This document shows, one piece after another, positions 59,714 through 64,000 of a stretch of 64,000 nt of DNA. Each line of letters opens with the position of its first letter. Positions within the stretch are counted from its first letter, which is position 1. The stretch covers positions 44,728-108,727 of the forward strand of contig BPJZ01000004.1 of the NCBI GenBank assembly GCA_026004875.1, read 5' to 3'. Below the pieces are notes generated by a model. That model ran no database searches. It saw only the letters and a program-made list of their open reading frames with translations, and was not told the DNA's origin. Position numbers and translations under genes: made by a program. The stretch comes from Candidatus Poribacteria bacterium (lineage in GTDB: Bacteria > Poribacteria > WGA-4E > GCA-2687025).

Positions 59714-60505
59714 ATGAAGCGGTTCACATCGCTTTGTGGGGCTCTCTTTTTGTCCGCCGGCCTGATGGGCGGCATGTCGATCCAGCCACAGGCTCAGGAG
59801 CTGCCGGTTGAGGTGGCCTTCGACTTCACCTACGCCAGCGCCTACTACTGGCGAGGGGGAGTCGGAGCCACCGGACTATCCCAGTTCGCCGCTCCCCCCT
59901 ACACGGTACCTACCCCAGCGACACTCTGGCCTTCGGCGGACATCTCCTTCTCCGCCGAGCCAATTACCGTTGGGTTAAACGTCTGGGGAGCAATCGGAAT
60001 GGAGGTTGGCAATGAGCAGGCCGGCCGCGATGACTTCAGCGAGGTGGACTATACCCTTTATGCCGACGTTGCCTTAGAACCGTTGAACATCGGGGGTTCG
60101 ATTGGTGGATTACGTAATTCCGCTGGACGTACCGATGAAGGAAGGCAAGAGCGTTCTGGAGGCGCAGGTAGCCTTGAGCCTCTCAAATCTTCCCTTCGAC
60201 AAACGGTTTGCTATTTGGGATCAACATAGACGGAGAGGACACCAATTCCTGGTACCTGGAGCCGAGCGTCGGCTACAGCCTCGATCAGCTTTCCCTCTCG
60301 CTGGCCGTCGGAATCGCGAAAAAGGGTGGTTTTTACCCAGGGTACGGAGGAAGGGACGGCCATTATCAGCATCCTTCCAGCGGCCTCATACGCGATCCCG
60401 CTGGGAGAAGGCGCAGAGGCCTCTGTCAGCGTCGGCGTTGGGTTCAATCCCAAGACCAAGTTCAAGATGCCCTTCTTCACGATCGGGACTGGATTTAGTC
60501 TCTGA
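59714..60505 (+). CDS. Predicted outer-membrane beta-barrel (TorF/Gcw_chp-like putative porin; ~3 frameshifts)
   Basis: Signal peptide, 'ASAYYWRG', 'EVDYTL'; pieces in successive frames end ...PFFTIGTGFSL* at 60505; AAGGAG RBS. Confidence 0.6.
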
Positions 60506-60574
60506 GCTTCGGCCACCGCTGGCCTCTTGAGCACGGGGTTTGCTTACCCGTTTTGTGGTGGAATCGTTGGCAAA

Positions 60575-60613
60575 GGGCGCAGGGAGGAACGGATCCCCTG
60601 CGCTCGTCTTTTT
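60575..60613 (+). terminator. Intrinsic terminator of the glnA operon
   Basis: GGGCGCAGGG...CCCTGCGCTC hairpin followed by GTCTTTTT. Confidence 0.6.
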
Positions 60614-60745
60614 GGTAAAGCCTTGCCCGACCGCTCCTCTCAGACCGTTAGACCGTTGGCAACGAAAGGGTGGCCGCCGTGCGGCGGCTGAGGCACCCTT
60701 ATCGGGGATGGGAACCGCGCTTTTCGTTCTGCCGGAGGCGTCACG

Positions 60746-61403
60746 ATGATTCGAGCCCGGCGGGCGGCGATCTTCGATCTAGACGGGACGATCATCCCGC
60801 TCTCATCAGAGCGAGCGTTCGTGCGACATCTGGTTCGGAAGGGGATCGTTGGGCCTAGGGACCTGCTCCGTTGGTTCAGAGCCGGGGCGCGGACCGGCTC
60901 CTCTTCGCTTCTCTCCTCCCTCCGGCGATGTAAGCTCTACCTGGCTGGAAAGCCGGTGGAGGAGATCCGTCGGCTGGGCGAGGAGTTTGTTCGCTCGCGG
61001 CTGGTGAATCGAATCGCCCCTGGAGCGTTTGCGGCGGCAGCAGAGCACCGCCGAGCAGGAGACCGGATCGTTCTCCTTTCGGGCAGCTTGGAGGTGCTAG
61101 TCGAGCCGATGGCGAAGGCCTTTTGGCGCCGAGGTCTGGGAGGCCTGCCGTCTTGAGGCCCAAAACGGTCGGCTGACGGGAACGGTGCACGGCGTGCATC
61201 CGCTGGGAGCGGGGAAGGTTCAGGTCGCCGAACGCCTTGCGGAAGCCTTGGGGATAGACCTTTCGGTCAGTGTAGCCTACGCCGATCGCTTCTCAGACGT
61301 GCCCCTCCTGGAGCGGGTCGGGGAGCCGGTTGCGGTCAACCCGGATCGAGCGCTTCGGCGTTATGCCTCACAGCGGGGGTGGCGCGTTCTCCGCTGGCGA
61401 TAA
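60746..61403 (+). CDS. HAD-IB family phosphatase (frameshift at the T-run ~61122)
   Basis: FDLDGT, LLSGS, GKV and YADRFSD.PLL...PVAVNPD motifs. Confidence 0.85.
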
Positions 61404-61417
61404 GGCGAGAAAGAACA

Positions 61418-62075
61418 ATGGCAAACCTTCTGACGACTGCGCGCATCCTCCTGGTATTTCTGATCCTTGTGGTTCTGGGCGCGGGACATGCACGTGCAGT
61501 GGTGGGGGCTGGACGTGGCGATGGTGCCCCTGCTGGCCTGGGCGATCTTTATGGACGCGCTAGACGGCTGGGTGGCCCGCCGACGGCGGGAGGATTCCGA
61601 CTCCGGGGCGCTTTACGACATCGCGGGCGATCGGATCGTTGAGCTGGCGCTTTGGTCCTTCTTTGCGGTCCGCCGAGACGTGAACGGCGTTCCGCTGGTG
61701 CCTTATTGGGTTCCGATCCTGATCATCGCCCGGACGGTGCTGACCGACTACATTCGGAGTGTCGCCTTCCGGGAGGGGAAAACCCCCTTTGGGGCCAAGA
61801 CGATGATGGAGTCGGGGTGGGCCAAGCAGCTGGTCAGCTCCCGCTGGAGCCGGGGGCTTTACGGAGGTATGAAGGCGGTTGCCTTCTGTGCGCTGGGAGC
61901 GGAGTTCGCCCTTCAACGGGCTCCTCAGTATTTGACCCTTCCTTATTTCCGGTTGTTGGTGGACCTTCTGGTTTACGGGACGGTCGGGTTCTGCTTGCTT
62001 CGAGCCGTTCCGGTCCTTTGGGACGGGCGACGCTACCTTCTTGGGGGCACTTCGGATGTCGGCTCCCGTCTCTGA
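61418..62075 (+). CDS. CDP-alcohol phosphatidyltransferase (frameshift at ~61466)
   Basis: ANLLT..R, then DALDGWVAR...G...DIAGD (full CDP-alcohol phosphotransferase signature). Confidence 0.88.
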
Positions 62076-62913
62076 GCGTCTCCCCGCCGAGCGGGTTCTC
62101 CTGGGATATCTCCTGCTGGCAGCGATGTCGACGGTTCTGCTGCGTCCGCCGGCGTGGGGAGTCATCCTTCTCTTCCACCTGCTGGGAGCGGCGCTCGTCG
62201 AGGGGCTGCGCTGGGTTCCGGCAGAGGGTGCCCCCGGGAGAAGACTTCGAATTCTGGTTCCGCTGTTCTTTTTTCCGTTGATCTACGCCGGCACGGGAAG
62301 GATCAACCTAGGACTCCGCTATTGGGTGCTGGACGAGATCGTCCCTCGCTGGGAAGCGGCGCTCTTTGGAGGTCAGCCGAGCCTCTATCTCTCCGAGCGG
62401 CTTCCATGGTTTTGGCTTTCGGAACTGCTTCACGCTGCCTATTTTTCCTATTATCTTCTGGTGCTGCTGTTGCCGATGGTGTTGGTCCTTCAAGGGCGGG
62501 AGAGAGCGGCCGAAAGGACGGTAGCCGCGCTTGTTTTGCTGTTTTCCGTCTCTTGTCTGTTCTACATTTGGCTGCCGCTGACCAGTCCGTATTACCGGTA
62601 TCCGCCGTTGGCGGCTCCCCTTTCTGAGGGGCCGATGTATCGGTTGGTTCATGCCGTCTCGGGAAGAGGAGGAGTGGTCGGCGGGGCGTTTCCCAGCAGC
62701 CATGCTTCTTTGGCGACGTTGAACCTGTTGCTTGCCTGGAAGCTAGAGCGTCGGCTATTCTGGTGGACGGTGGTTCCGACGTTCGGGCTGCTCACGGCGA
62801 CCGTTTATTGTCGATTTCACTACGCGCTGGATACGCTTAGTGGCGTGGCCGTCGGAGTGGGAGTTTTCGCGGCAAGTCCACTGAGCCTCAGGACAATTTG
62901 GAGGATTCCTTAG
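62056..62913 (+). CDS. PAP2-superfamily membrane enzyme, AUR1/IPC-synthase-like
   Basis: Multiple TMs; AYFSYY, P.TSP.Y, AFPSSH and YCRFHYALD; no KxxxxxxRP motif seen. Confidence 0.8.
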   Translation: MSAPVSERLPAERVLLGYLLLAAMSTVLLRPPAWGVILLFHLLGAALVEGLRWVPAEGAPGRRLRILVPLFFFPLIYAGTGRINLGLRYWVLDEIVPRWEAALFGGQPSLYLSERLPWFWLSELLHAAYFSYYLLVLLLPMVLVLQGRERAAERTVAALVLLFSVSCLFYIWLPLTSPYYRYPPLAAPLSEGPMYRLVHAVSGRGGVVGGAFPSSHASLATLNLLLAWKLERRLFWWTVVPTFGLLTATVYCRFHYALDTLSGVAVGVGVFAASPLSLRTIWRIP

Positions 62914-63967
62914 ATGGCAGAGATCTCAAGCATCCTGATTACCGGTGGAGCGGGCTTTATTGGTCTCAACGCCGTGACCGCTTTCCGAGAGGCTTATCCG
63001 AACGCAAAGATCATCGTCTGCGACAACCTGAGCCGTCGTTCGGCCCGGCGGAACCTGCGTCGATTGCTGAGCAGCGACATTCAAAACGTGTCCTGTGAGC
63101 GAGGTGGACATTCGGGACTCGGCTGCAACCTTGGAGCTTATTCGGGAGCACCGACCTGACGTGGTAATTCACTTAGCCGCCCAGGTAGCAGTGACCCATT
63201 CGATCGAGAATCCGCGGTGGGACTTCGAAGTTAATGCTTTGGGGACGTTTAACCTTCTAGAGGCAATTCGGCTGGAGAAGCGCGATGCGATTTTTCTGAA
63301 TGCTTCAACAAACAAGGTTTATGGAAATTTGGAGCATCTTCGTGTCAAGAAGGTCGGAGAGCGATATCAGTACGCTGACCTTCAGTGGGGAGTAGATGAG
63401 TCCTGTCCGTTGGATTTCCATAGCCCCTACGGTTGTTCGAAGGGGGCAGCTGATCAGTATGTTCTGGACTACGCACGAACCTACGGGATGAGGACCACGA
63501 GCTTTCGACAATCGTGTATCTACGGTCCTGGGCAATTGGGTGAGGAAGACCAAGGCTGGGTGGCCTGGTTCTGCATCGCCGCGCTTTTAGGAAAGCCAAT
63601 TACCATCTACGGAGATGGTTGCCAAGTCCGGGATCTGCTCTACATTGACGACCTGACCCGGCTATACTGTCGCGCAGTCGAAAGGATCGATCAAATCAGC
63701 GGAAAACCGTTTAACGTCGGAGGCGGCCCGAAAAACACTCTCTCTTTACTTGAGCTGCTTGCCTTCCTGAGGGACGAATTGAAGCAGCCACTGCCCTCGA
63801 TTCAATTTGCTCCAGCGCGTCTTGGTGATCAGCGTGTCTTCATTTGTGACATCCGTCGCGCCCAAAAGGAGCTGGAATGGGAACCTGTGATTCCGCCGAA
63901 AGTAGGAGTAACCCGCTTGTATCAATGGCTCTTAGAAAATCGAGAATTGTTTGAAGACTGGGTCTAA
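62914..63967 (+). CDS. NAD-dependent epimerase, CDP-paratose 2-epimerase-like (frameshift at ~63095)
   Basis: ITGGAGFIG, HLAAQVAVT.S, STNKVYG, SPYGCSKGAADQY, RQSCIYG and DQGWVAWF motifs. Confidence 0.88.
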
Positions 63968-64000
63968 CCCGGGGTGTGCAAGGATGCGCGTTCTCCAGAT

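Noticed and set aside
60660-60705. Nested hairpin (AAGGGTG-GCCGCCG/CGGCGGC-CACCCTT) as a riboswitch before the HAD gene
   Set aside because: It matches no aptamer consensus I recognise, and such stems arise readily in GC-rich DNA.

Overview
GC-rich bacterial chromosomal segment from a diderm organism (kdsA, lipoproteins, outer-membrane beta-barrels). The FGE-sulfatase, ASPIC/UnbV and DUF1080 content is reminiscent of Poribacteria/PVC-like lineages, which is inference only. It contains ino1, xerC and a ~22 kb co-directional run (DUF624-eno-ftsB-sppA-pcm-hyp-rsmH-ftsL-ftsI-murE-murF-mraY-murD-ftsW-murG-murC-murB-ftsQ-ftsA) with no mraZ, ddl or ftsZ. Further along are a UbiA prenyltransferase, ABC components, a PfkB-SIS fusion, an unlisted rpmH, split transketolase, a Fur-box-preceded beta-barrel plus cytochrome c pair, a MoxR operon, kdsA and dcd. 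The end holds a sigma54/NtrC-type glnA-PII-porin operon, a HAD/CDP-alcohol phosphotransferase/AUR1-like lipid operon and an AT-richer CDP-sugar epimerase. About 14 single-base frameshifts, mostly in homopolymers and including essential genes, look like long-read errors. I saw no tRNA, rRNA, CRISPR array or IS element. The best leads are the beta-barrel-SppA fusion in the division superoperon, the putative inositol (sphingo)lipid operon, the porin-cytochrome module, the kinase-isomerase fusion and the nitrogen-regulated porin. All family assignments come from motif recognition, not database searches.
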